In this document: in pieces, positions 27,778 through 36,445 of the stretch
Numbering within the stretch: position 1 is the first letter of the stretch
How the letters are laid out: the number at the start of each line of letters is the position of its first letter
Source: a virus
Lineage: Duplodnaviria; Caudoviricetes
Virus record (IMG/VR): IMGVR_UViG_3300047352_000276
Coordinates: 1 to 54,994 of that record
DNA: 54,994 bases
Reading direction: 5' to 3' (one strand)
Made by a program: the position numbers and the translations under genes
The notes under the pieces: model-generated
The model's input: the letters and a program-made list of their open reading frames with translations, nothing else
The model's database searches: none
What the model was told of the DNA's origin: nothing

Positions 27778-28403
27778 TATATGCCTCCATTATATTCTGC
27801 TGTATAGTTCCTTTGCATCTCTTGTACTGTGAACTGGACTGCTTCGTCAAGTTGACTTTTATAGAGAGAAAGAGTCTCTGGCGCTTTCAAAAACGCCGAT
27901 GCCTCAAACAGAGCCGCAGAAAGTAGAACTGTTGATGCATTTGTTGCAATCCAAGTATTTGGATTCGCATTGCTTAACCCCGTCTCAGGGGCAATAAAAT
28001 CTACGCTATAGGCCAACGCTGTTGATGGGGTTGGTGCCAATGTAATGATCGTTCCAGCTGTTCCTGCGCTATTTGTGCTGTACATTCGTGGGGTGCCTTG
28101 CGTCGTGGCATTGGGCCAATAGTCTCTGATGTAAGAATCAACTCTGTGGTCGAGATACGTCAAGACATTAGTGTCTGTTATGGACACCTGCCGGATCATT
28201 CTTGCTGTGGGAATTGTGTATTGGCTCTGGCCAATAACCAAATTTGCAGCAGACGATGTCTGTCGGAAACAAGGCATATTTGGCAGTCGCTGAAATACCA
28301 TCTCTTCAGCTTGCGATATTATTGTGTCGATTGAGGCGACGAACTCAGTTGAATCGTCTTCTAGAAAATTTTGGATGTTGGCTTTTAGCTCTGTATAATT
28401 CAT
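27777..28403 (-). CDS. Head-tail adaptor-like protein
   Basis: MNYTELKANIQ, GTPRMY, LAPTP. Confidence 0.6.
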   Translation of the reverse strand: MNYTELKANIQNFLEDDSTEFVASIDTIISQAEEMVFQRLPNMPCFRQTSSAANLVIGQSQYTIPTARMIRQVSITDTNVLTYLDHRVDSYIRDYWPNATTQGTPRMYSTNSAGTAGTIITLAPTPSTALAYSVDFIAPETGLSNANPNTWIATNASTVLLSAALFEASAFLKAPETLSLYKSQLDEAVQFTVQEMQRNYTAEYNGGI

Positions 28404-28413
28404 TTATTCATCC

Positions 28414-30300
28414 TCAATTCCACGTTCCTTCGCCATAGCCGCCTTGACCCCAAGTTGTTATCAGCAAGACAGTGGCTGTCCCAACACCACCTGTGCCGTT
28501 TACACCGGATGGATGTGGTCTGCCAGCAATGTCACCCCAAGTCCCATCACCCCAAGCTTCAATTCCCCAGCCAAACTGCTCTTCTGGCACAGCACTTCCA
28601 ACACCGCCTGTTCCACTGACCCCAGTTTCAACGGGTGATATCTCTGGTGTTTCTGATCCAACTGCTCCTGTTCCACTGACCCCAGTTTCTGTTATAGTTG
28701 TGTCGTGGTTAACAACCTCGTTGCCAACTTCCCCCGAACCACTTGCGCCGGAGGGTGTTGCTTGAATCTCTAGTTGCTCTGATCCAACAGAGCCAGATGC
28801 GGAAGAGCCAATTTGATTTTGGACAAGCTCAACAACCTCGTTGCCAACGCCGCCTGTGCCAGAAACGCCTGTGCCAGTTTCATTGGTTTCCAGAGAAACA
28901 GAGCCAGTTGCTGCTGTTCCTCTTTGACCAGCAACACCAGCCTGCAAATCAGCAACCACAACTCCGGTTCCAACCTCCCCATCGCCGCTTACACCTGACT
29001 CTGGAATGGAAATTTCTACAGATTCAATGCCAACAGACCCAGTTGCCCCTCCTCCACCAACCCCAGTTGGGTGTGCAGATGGGATTTCGACCCCAACATC
29101 ACCGCTTCCACCAACCCCAGATTGAGGCTTGGCCAATTCAAAGCCAGAGGATCCAATTCCATCATTGCCAGCCAACCCAGAAACAGCAGCATGAGATTCG
29201 GGGACTTCAGATCCAACAGCTCCAGATCCTGCGGAGCCAGACTGCAGGGCTAAAATTTGGACAACTTCAGTTCCTGTTGATCCAGATCCTTCGACCCCAG
29301 ATGGCAGAGCTGAAACTTGGACAACTTCAGTTCCTGTTGATCCAACACCGGAAACTCCAGAAGGATGAGGAATCACTGATGGAATCTCTACGCCGACAGA
29401 CCCTGCCCCTCCAGTTGCGGACACACCAGTGACATGAGCTGCTGGAACTTCAACACCTACATTGCCAACGCCAGCCGCGCCATCTGGATTGCTTGCTAAT
29501 TCAACAGAAACAGATGCGAAGGCTGGTGTATTTGCCTGACCTCCCATTCCGCTGTGGTTTGTGCAATAATAATAAAGTGTTGGTGCGCCATCTGCGATGA
29601 CTATTTGAGTATAAGCTCCAGCATTTCCTGGGATGCCTGATGTTGTCACTCCTGTTGTGTACTCGCTGCCTCCACCATGGGTTCCATTGGGTGTTGTGCT
29701 GAATCTCAATGGGTGTCCAGAGTTGGTGTTGTCGGACTGATCGAAATAATAAGTCCTGCTTTCCATAAGCTCCAGCGTGTCTTGCTGAACACCAGCGACA
29801 AAGTATTTGTTTGCCCCGCCAACATTTTGCACTGTCACTGCCAGCGTGACAACTTGAGAAACATCTACGGCGACGCTGCCCACCCCAGAAGATCCTGTTG
29901 CGAAAGATGATGCCTCACCAACTTCCCCTGTTGCCTCACCATCACCAGCCACACCAGAGACTGGATGATTGATGTCGATGAACAAAGAGATATATCCAGA
30001 AGATGCTTTTCCGGCTGTCCCAACTCCTGGTCTTTGACGAGGATCTACGAATGGATCATAATTGAATCCGATGAATATTTCAGCATTCTCTGGATCGTTA
30101 TCTGGCCTTGGGCTGAAAAGAGCTGTGGCATCAACGACATTTTTCGCAGGAGTCAACTGCGGCTGCTTCGGCTCCCAATCTTCTGGAGAAACTCTGAGGC
30201 CATCCCAAGTTGTCTTGAGTTGAGTATAAGGCACACGTAGTCCAGAGCGATCACTGATCGCTAAAGATCGTTTGCCTTTTGCATACTTAACTCTTGCCAT
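28414..30300 (-). CDS. Gly/Ser/Val-repeat virion protein with cupredoxin-like domain
   Basis: ~20-aa GVSG.G.VG.E repeats; HPLRFS...YYYCTNHSGMGG. Confidence 0.7.
   Translation of the reverse strand: MARVKYAKGKRSLAISDRSGLRVPYTQLKTTWDGLRVSPEDWEPKQPQLTPAKNVVDATALFSPRPDNDPENAEIFIGFNYDPFVDPRQRPGVGTAGKASSGYISLFIDINHPVSGVAGDGEATGEVGEASSFATGSSGVGSVAVDVSQVVTLAVTVQNVGGANKYFVAGVQQDTLELMESRTYYFDQSDNTNSGHPLRFSTTPNGTHGGGSEYTTGVTTSGIPGNAGAYTQIVIADGAPTLYYYCTNHSGMGGQANTPAFASVSVELASNPDGAAGVGNVGVEVPAAHVTGVSATGGAGSVGVEIPSVIPHPSGVSGVGSTGTEVVQVSALPSGVEGSGSTGTEVVQILALQSGSAGSGAVGSEVPESHAAVSGLAGNDGIGSSGFELAKPQSGVGGSGDVGVEIPSAHPTGVGGGGATGSVGIESVEISIPESGVSGDGEVGTGVVVADLQAGVAGQRGTAATGSVSLETNETGTGVSGTGGVGNEVVELVQNQIGSSASGSVGSEQLEIQATPSGASGSGEVGNEVVNHDTTITETGVSGTGAVGSETPEISPVETGVSGTGGVGSAVPEEQFGWGIEAWGDGTWGDIAGRPHPSGVNGTGGVGTATVLLITTWGQGGYGEGTWN
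29221..29344. repeat. 60-bp-period near-tandem repeat within the repeat-protein gene
   Basis: TCCAGATCCT...TTGGACAACTTCAGTTCCTGTTGA recurs at 60-nt spacing; a similar 60-nt recurrence at ~28607-28689. Confidence 0.85.
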
Positions 30301-30980
30301 CAGATAAGATTCAATCCTTTCGGCCGAACTCTCATTGAAACACCATCATTGTCTGTCGCAGCTGCAAACTCGAATGCTCTTTCATAAACCTGATTCAACA
30401 AGTTAAATTTATCAGGAGCATATTTCATTGCCAACTTGCTCGCCAGCCCAGCACAAAGGCAATCTGTCCATCTGTAAGGAATGTCTGCATCTTGGTTGCT
30501 GGCTGTTATATCTTCGAGTTGGTTTATTGACCAATAAACCAGACTGTAATCTGTTCTGTCTGGGACTTGCCAAACATTGATTGTTGGGGTGTATTGCTTG
30601 TCCAACATATATTGGCTTGGTTTGCCAGAAGAAGATTTGTTTGGAAGTTGGTTGTATTCTGATATACTGACTCTTTGGATTGTTGTGTCAGTTGTTGTGC
30701 CCCCAGTTGTTTGGCGTATCACAACATCAATAAAGTCTATCGTCCCGACAGGCAATGTATAAGCTGTTTGGCCTTTTACCAAAGCTAACGTATTATTCTG
30801 GACAGCCCAATAATTTATGCCACGGTTAGCAAACTCGCTGAAAAGCAAATTAAGGCTCCTGCGAGCTGCTTTGGCTTGGTAGCCTGTCCGAGTTTCGTCG
30901 TCTATTCCGCACCGCTCAAATGATTCAGCGATTATCTCTTCAACATCGGGCCGGAAAGCGTATGTGTTAGATGTCGCCAT
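30300..30980 (-). CDS. Head-tail connector/adaptor-like protein
   Basis: ARRSLNLLFSEFANRG, GKPSQY, GLASKLA. Confidence 0.65.
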   Translation of the reverse strand: MATSNTYAFRPDVEEIIAESFERCGIDDETRTGYQAKAARRSLNLLFSEFANRGINYWAVQNNTLALVKGQTAYTLPVGTIDFIDVVIRQTTGGTTTDTTIQRVSISEYNQLPNKSSSGKPSQYMLDKQYTPTINVWQVPDRTDYSLVYWSINQLEDITASNQDADIPYRWTDCLCAGLASKLAMKYAPDKFNLLNQVYERAFEFAAATDNDGVSMRVRPKGLNLI

Positions 30981-30989
30981 TCACTTTTC

Positions 30990-31403
30990 CTATGCGTAGT
31001 GTTTTTTCATCCGCAAGATAATGTTGTATGTGTCGCCAACAGCTCCAAGGCCAGTTGTCGTGAACATGACATCGCCAGTTGTGCTGCCATATTCTACAGT
31101 TGATGGCAGTCCGCCAAACTTGCTGAAGTCTTGGTATCCGATGTCATCAGCTGCCATATGCATCATTATGATGTCTGTGCTTGCGTCTGCCTCAACCATA
31201 ACGGTGATGCCTTGAATAACCCACCAACACTCCAAAAGACTGACAGAATTGCAAGACTGTCCATTGGCATTCTTTGCCAAAGTTGAAACATCAACTTTTT
31301 TTACAGCATCTTCATCCGCAGTGTCAACATATTGCAATTGGAATGCCATGACTACTTCGTTGGTGTTTTCAGTAATCGTCTTCACACTTGTAATGTTAGC
31401 CAT
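30990..31403 (-). CDS. Structural protein
   Basis: Clean ORF with RBS GGAGG, in the head-tail block. Confidence 0.65.
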   Translation of the reverse strand: MANITSVKTITENTNEVVMAFQLQYVDTADEDAVKKVDVSTLAKNANGQSCNSVSLLECWWVIQGITVMVEADASTDIIMMHMAADDIGYQDFSKFGGLPSTVEYGSTTGDVMFTTTGLGAVGDTYNIILRMKKHYA

Positions 31404-31424
31404 CTATGACCCTCCTGTAAATTA

Positions 31425-31447
31425 TTGGTGGGCTTTACACCCACCAA
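31425..31447. other. Intergenic hairpin (terminator or processing site)
   Basis: TTGGTGGG-7 nt-CCCACCAA. Confidence 0.55.
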
Positions 31448-31453
31448 ACAATT

Positions 31454-31912
31454 TTATGTGACGTTGTTGCTTTGAGCATAAACAACCGTCACAGCACCAA
31501 CACCATTGCCTGTGTTAGCTGTGGTCACGATCAACCTATGATCGCCTGTGCCTGTGTTGAGCCACTTGGATGTGCGAGTTGCATCTGTTCCAGGACTAGC
31601 AGCGACAATCCCGACGGCATTGCCTTGAATCGCTCCAGCAGCAGTCAGAGAGGTTGCCGCGCCAACACCACCAAGGCCAAGAGTCGTTGCCCCACCACTC
31701 CAAGCTGTGGTCACAGTGACATCAATGGATATCAGCTGGCTGTTTGCTGGGATTATGATATTTGTTGTTGTGGTCGTGGCAGTTTGGTCAATGGCTGCTG
31801 TTTGCGAAAGAACAGCAAAACCTGTGTTCTTCATGTCGGAGCCGACTGTCGTGCCGCTGGTTTCTTTTATCGTGCCTGATTTTATCGGGCCTGAGAATGT
31901 TGTTGTACCCAT
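31454..31912 (-). CDS. Structural protein (possible capsid decoration)
   Basis: MGTTTFSGPI start, Thr/Gly-rich, directly after the MCP. Confidence 0.65.
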   Translation of the reverse strand: MGTTTFSGPIKSGTIKETSGTTVGSDMKNTGFAVLSQTAAIDQTATTTTTNIIIPANSQLISIDVTVTTAWSGGATTLGLGGVGAATSLTAAGAIQGNAVGIVAASPGTDATRTSKWLNTGTGDHRLIVTTANTGNGVGAVTVVYAQSNNVT

Positions 31913-31958
31913 TGTAATTCTCCTGTCTGGGTTAAGTCAGCTGTTGCTGTCAGGATGG

Positions 31959-31983
31959 AAAAGGGAGGACATTTTGCCCTCCC
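31959..31983 (-). terminator. Rho-independent terminator after the major capsid gene
   Basis: On - strand GGGAGGGC-AAAAT-GTCCTCCC then TTTT. Confidence 0.65.
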
Positions 31984-31989
31984 CAAATT

Positions 31990-32898
31990 TTATGCTGCGC
32001 CTTCAGATCCGAAGACACCACGCCAGTCAGTGAAGCCGAAAGAATAACGCTCACGAACTTTGTAGCGGACATTACCAGTCTCAAAATCACCTTCCATGCC
32101 TTTTTTCATAGGCGACCTTTGGAACATCTTCAGTCCATCAGGGACATCAGTCTGCACAAAGAATCCATCGGCATCAGTCAAACGACGCATGACGTGATAG
32201 CCTTTGGGCAGATAGCCGCCGGACTTAATCGCGTTAAGGTCATTGTCAGCTGTGCCTGTCCGGAGTGTTGACTCCAGCAGACGCTCCGCAACAAACTGAT
32301 AAGCTGTCGGGATTATCAACTGAGTGCCTTGAGCGGCAATCCGAAGACCACGGTCGTCTTTCATATCAGAGATTTGAATCAAGATTGACTCTAAAGAAGT
32401 CTCTGAAAGATCCGCTGCCGTCGCAAGGACATTAGACTGATTGCCATTCTGGGTTGGGTGAGAAGCACTCAACAAAGTTTGACCATCGCCACCAGTAAAC
32501 CCAGCAGCTTGCGCATTGTTCAAGACGTTAGCAGCCTTGATTTCTTTGGTCGAAGCCATCGACCGCGCAAGAGCTTTTGTGTAGCGAGAAGCGATTGAGC
32601 CATATTGGCCATCTTCTTCAGCTTCCTCGGTGATCGAGAATGCCAAGGCAATCGTTTCGTGCTGGTAACGTGCAGTCCACTGTTGCGAAGCAGCATCATA
32701 AGACACAGCCGCACCTTCACTTTTAGTGGGAGCGTTGCCAAAACCTTGCAACAAGACATCTTCTTCGAATGCCTTCTGCGAGGTGTTGCTTTCAAACACC
32801 GCAGCATATTCTTCTGGGTATCTGTCGTACTCAAGACCGAAGAGAGTGTTCAGTCCTGGCTCAAGCATTTTTGCAAATGATGCTCTATTCATTGCCAT
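31990..32898 (-). CDS. Major capsid protein
   Basis: MAMNRASFAKMLEPGLNTLFGLEY; GDFETGNVRYKVRERYSFG.TDWRG; downstream of the scaffold. Confidence 0.85.
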   Translation of the reverse strand: MAMNRASFAKMLEPGLNTLFGLEYDRYPEEYAAVFESNTSQKAFEEDVLLQGFGNAPTKSEGAAVSYDAASQQWTARYQHETIALAFSITEEAEEDGQYGSIASRYTKALARSMASTKEIKAANVLNNAQAAGFTGGDGQTLLSASHPTQNGNQSNVLATAADLSETSLESILIQISDMKDDRGLRIAAQGTQLIIPTAYQFVAERLLESTLRTGTADNDLNAIKSGGYLPKGYHVMRRLTDADGFFVQTDVPDGLKMFQRSPMKKGMEGDFETGNVRYKVRERYSFGFTDWRGVFGSEGAA

Positions 32899-32911
32899 CG
32901 TTCAGACCCTC

Positions 32912-33463
32912 CTATATGCCAGCAGTGGCTTTGAGTATGTGCTCATTGATGAGCACCTCAACCACAGCATTTGTGCCAAAAGCATTGTCAGGAGAATCAT
33001 ACAGAGCAATGATCTTGCAAGAAGCAGTCCCTGTGCCCATTGTAGAATTCAACTCAAATGCAGAGTTACCAGTCAGCGTGGACCCTGCCCCAGCGACAAC
33101 ATCAGCACAGTTGCCGATATTGGTCACGGCAGGAGCACCGTCTGATTGGACTTTGAATACGGTGTATGGATCATCGTACACATATGCTATAATGTCTGTA
33201 GCAACTGTGCCTGATGGCCAATATTCACTGTAAACATACGAGCCATCTGCAGCGGTATAAGACACCCCAGCAAATACACCAATGTTGTTGGTTTCTGTTG
33301 CAGTGTGAGGTGTGATGACCCCATCTGCAGTCAGAATGCAAAGATCACCAGTGAAGATGTTCTCAGCCAAACCAGACGTAATGGTATACTTATTTGCACG
33401 AGGTGCATTACCGCTCATGTGGCGAACTGGGACGAACCCAAATGCGGCATCTACGTTTGCCAT
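32912..33463 (-). CDS. Head-associated structural protein
   Basis: MANVDAAFGF.P, IFTGD, VYDDP; directly upstream of the MCP. Confidence 0.65.
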   Translation of the reverse strand: MANVDAAFGFVPVRHMSGNAPRANKYTITSGLAENIFTGDLCILTADGVITPHTATETNNIGVFAGVSYTAADGSYVYSEYWPSGTVATDIIAYVYDDPYTVFKVQSDGAPAVTNIGNCADVVAGAGSTLTGNSAFELNSTMGTGTASCKIIALYDSPDNAFGTNAVVEVLINEHILKATAGI

Positions 33464-33487
33464 ATTATCGCTCCTTAGCGTTAAAGG

Positions 33488-33970
33488 TTAATCATTCATG
33501 ACAGAAACCGATCTGCCACGACTAACTTCAGACTTCCGATCTTGATAAATCGGTTGCCCATTGTTGCGTCCTAACGCATCAAGCTCTCCTGCAATTGATT
33601 CGTTCTGCTCTAAATTCCTTTTGTTGTACCATTCCTTTTGAGAGGCTCGGTCTTCAATAGGCATTTCACAGAGCAGCATTCCTTCAATTCCAATAGAACC
33701 TGCCCACTGGCCGTGGTTGATGGTCGGGAACAACTCATCTTTAACGGAGTCAGCAGAGCGTGGTGACCAGCCTTCGCGCATACGTTTGTATACATTGTCT
33801 GGCGAGTCTTTACCCTGAATCGAGGTTGTTACCCATCGTTGGACCATGCCAGGACGAGGCTTCGGTGCATCTAACAACGATGGTGGTTTCCATGCAGTCT
33901 TAGGACGAGCCTCTTCTGCACGGACTTCTTCGCGAGTCTCAGCTGCGCGTACATTGCGGGACTTTGTCAT
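33488..33970 (-). CDS. Head-module protein
   Basis: WKPPSLLDAP, REGWSP. Confidence 0.7.
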   Translation of the reverse strand: MTKSRNVRAAETREEVRAEEARPKTAWKPPSLLDAPKPRPGMVQRWVTTSIQGKDSPDNVYKRMREGWSPRSADSVKDELFPTINHGQWAGSIGIEGMLLCEMPIEDRASQKEWYNKRNLEQNESIAGELDALGRNNGQPIYQDRKSEVSRGRSVSVMND

Positions 33971-33973
33971 GAC

Positions 33974-34870
33974 TTAGCTCCTTGCCTGTTTTTGAATTTC
34001 AGCTGCATATTGCTTCAGCCCTTTTTCGTCAGTGATGCCCAGCTCTCTGGCCATTCGGAGTTGATCTTGAGTCATTCTTGTCCTGCCATTTGTGCGAGGT
34101 GCTCCTGAACCGCCTGCAGTTGGCGCTACTGGTGCTCTGCTTTTTGCTCGTGGTTTGCCTTGCACTTTCCCCGAGTTTAGCTCGGGAAACACGTTTCGTA
34201 AACGAAAATCTAACTGATCGTAATATTCGTCAGATTCTTTGTCAAATCCTTCGAGGTCCAACTGCACATCAATCGCTCTGGCTGCGGCTGTTTCCCGCGA
34301 AAAACCATTGCTGTCGAACCATCTGTTTTTCTCCCACCAACTCATTGCTTTTTGCGGAGGGGGATTCTGAGCGGCCTGTTTTGCGCGACCCACAGTTGGG
34401 GAGGCTGCTTGTTGCTGGGCCATCTGCCTTTGCATCTCAGCGACTCGCATGGCTGCTCTCATGTCGGCCAACTGCTCGCTGAAAGACACTTGAGCTTCTG
34501 TGTCGCCTTCTTCAACAGCTTTGGAAAGAGCAGCACGAGTCTGCTTGTATCGCGTGTTGAATTGATCTTGGGCTTGGTGCTCATTGCCTTTTTCAAGACG
34601 CTCAAGACGAGACTTCAGCTGCGCTGTTTCTTCTTGGTACTGGCGAGCCTGAACCTCAGCTTCTCTGCGTTGGTCCACTAGCTTTTTGATTCGCTTTTGG
34701 ACTTTGCCGCTGTATTCTTCTTCGGTGTCTTCTTTCACAGCTTCTTGCTTTTCCTCTGGGGAATCAGACTCATCTGTGACTTCAATTTCAAAGTTGTCGT
34801 CTTGGCCAGAAGTTTTCTTGGCCTCAGCGATCTCTTTCTCGAGCTCTTCGAGAACTACACTTTCATTCAT
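33974..34870 (-). CDS. Putative capsid scaffolding protein
   Basis: Acidic coiled coil, YSGKVQKRIKKL, C-terminal MARELGIT...YA. Confidence 0.7.
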   Translation of the reverse strand: MNESVVLEELEKEIAEAKKTSGQDDNFEIEVTDESDSPEEKQEAVKEDTEEEYSGKVQKRIKKLVDQRREAEVQARQYQEETAQLKSRLERLEKGNEHQAQDQFNTRYKQTRAALSKAVEEGDTEAQVSFSEQLADMRAAMRVAEMQRQMAQQQAASPTVGRAKQAAQNPPPQKAMSWWEKNRWFDSNGFSRETAAARAIDVQLDLEGFDKESDEYYDQLDFRLRNVFPELNSGKVQGKPRAKSRAPVAPTAGGSGAPRTNGRTRMTQDQLRMARELGITDEKGLKQYAAEIQKQARS

Positions 34871-34878
34871 GGCTTACC

Positions 34879-35283
34879 TCACTCCACATACGCTGCAATG
34901 CTGACGCCTTCTGGCAAGACCGATGTGATCTCGTCATCATTAAGCAGCAGCATCTTGACGCCGTTGATTGTTAATTTTTGACCTGCGTATTTGCCGTATG
35001 TTACAGAGTTTCCCTCTGTTGGCCACTGGCCTTTCCATGCTTGGCCTGTGTCACGGTCTCGATACGCCAATTCACCCATCGCAAGAATTGTGCCGTGGGC
35101 TGTGAGGTATTCTTCATTGTCTTTGGAGCTTTCCGGAAGGAAAATGCCACCTTTTGTTTTAGCCTTGGCTTGATTAGGCTGAACCAATACTTTCCAGCCC
35201 AGTGGCTTGGGGAACTGGTGCGACCCTAACGTCGCATTGGTCTGCTCATCTGTGATGAGGTCTTTTGCATGCGGATGAGACAT
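34879..35283 (-). CDS. groES: Co-chaperonin GroES
   Basis: PLGWKVLV, KTKGGIFLP, YGKYAG, LLNDDEI. Confidence 0.85.
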   Translation of the reverse strand: MSHPHAKDLITDEQTNATLGSHQFPKPLGWKVLVQPNQAKAKTKGGIFLPESSKDNEEYLTAHGTILAMGELAYRDRDTGQAWKGQWPTEGNSVTYGKYAGQKLTINGVKMLLLNDDEITSVLPEGVSIAAYVE

Positions 35284-35285
35284 GA

Positions 35286-35477
35286 TTATTCATCCTCCTG
35301 ATTCATTTTTTTCATCGTTTCATCGATCAATGCGCAAGCCTGTTCTAAGCCTTCCGCAATCCCGACGTTTTTGCTGTACGATTGAAAGTCGCTCATGCGG
35401 CCTTCAACCATCTCGCTAGCTATCGCTGTTTTCTGGAGCCGGATCTGCTTCTTGATCTCTCTGATCAGATCGATCAT
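35286..35477 (-). CDS. Hypothetical protein
   Basis: Helical 63-aa ORF upstream of groES. Confidence 0.65.
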   Translation of the reverse strand: MIDLIREIKKQIRLQKTAIASEMVEGRMSDFQSYSKNVGIAEGLEQACALIDETMKKMNQEDE

Positions 35478-35564
35478 CGCTTTCCAATCCTATTCCACCG
35501 CCACCACTCATAGAAACACCAGTGACAAAAACTTCAACAACTTCTTCGGTCTTTTCCTTGGGCA

Positions 35565-35666
35565 CTAGTACCCTTTCTTCTTTTTCTTCATAGTTTTCTT
35601 CTTCATCCCATGTTTCATTTTGGATCCTCCTTTGGATATAAGTGACGGGAAAGACGACCTGTTCAT
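35565..35666 (-). CDS. Lys-rich microprotein (33 aa)
   Basis: Read manually: MNRSSFPSLISKGGSKMKHGMKKKTMKKKKKGY; RBS GAGGAGG. Confidence 0.55.
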   Translation of the reverse strand: MNRSSFPSLISKGGSKMKHGMKKKTMKKKKKGY

Positions 35667-35719
35667 TGTTTATCCTCCTCTTCTCCAGAAGTCAACAATC
35701 GCTCTGGAGAGTGAGGGCA

Positions 35720-36445
35720 TCATTCAGAATCTCCAGCTTTAACTAAATCTTTGTAATATTGTGTTTCTCGTATTCCTTTTGATTCTATCCACTCTGCAAC
35801 GTCTGCAGGGTTATAATCATTGGGAGGAGAAGGAACTTGATATGTTGGTTTATGCATCGGGAACAATTTTTCTGGATTCTCTGCCATAAAAAGTCTAGGT
35901 GTTATTTCATCACCATATTGAGATCCATATTCATAAACATCAGCCTGTCCCATGTATTTCTGAAGTGTCCCTAAAAACTCAGGACTCTCTTCAGCAATCT
36001 CGGCAACATCCTCCAAAGCTGAATGAACTGGGACTTCTCCCATTTTTTCTGTTGCAAATTCGACCATGCCAGGATTCATATCATTTTCTTGAAAATACAG
36101 ATATTCAGCCATGTCTCTCTCAAGAAGCTCTTGTGGGGTGACGTTTTTCCCTGTGACAGCTCTATATGCTTCTGCTCCAAATTCTAATTCTTGGTCCATA
36201 TTTTTAAAAAAAGATGAAGTGACTTCAGAAAGTGATTCAGCAACCTCTTCAGCAGACTCTCTCGCCAATGAAGAAACATCTGGCAAAGCACCTGAGGCAA
36301 TTTTGCCAGCAGGAATTTGACTTATGGCTCCTACAATTGGAGCTGCAACAGCTCCTGTCAGGAATCCTCTGCGGCCGACATCTGTATCGCCTTTGTCAAT
36401 TACGGACTTTAAAAAATTAGTAACTATTCTTGATGTCGTTCCCAT
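35720..36445 (-). CDS. Hypothetical acidic protein with twin-arginine-like motif
   Basis: VGRRGFLTGAVAAPIVG near the N-terminus. Confidence 0.65.
   Translation of the reverse strand: MGTTSRIVTNFLKSVIDKGDTDVGRRGFLTGAVAAPIVGAISQIPAGKIASGALPDVSSLARESAEEVAESLSEVTSSFFKNMDQELEFGAEAYRAVTGKNVTPQELLERDMAEYLYFQENDMNPGMVEFATEKMGEVPVHSALEDVAEIAEESPEFLGTLQKYMGQADVYEYGSQYGDEITPRLFMAENPEKLFPMHKPTYQVPSPPNDYNPADVAEWIESKGIRETQYYKDLVKAGDSE

Noticed and set aside
28600-29350. Diversity-generating retroelement TR/VR pair
   Set aside because: The repeats are in-frame 60-bp coding units without adenine-specific differences, and no reverse transcriptase was found
35416-35565. 49-aa ORF (MPKEKTEEVVEVFVTGVSMSGGGG...) echoing the TGVSG repeat
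   Set aside because: Overlaps the 35286-35477 gene by ~60 nt and the similarity is too short to support a call
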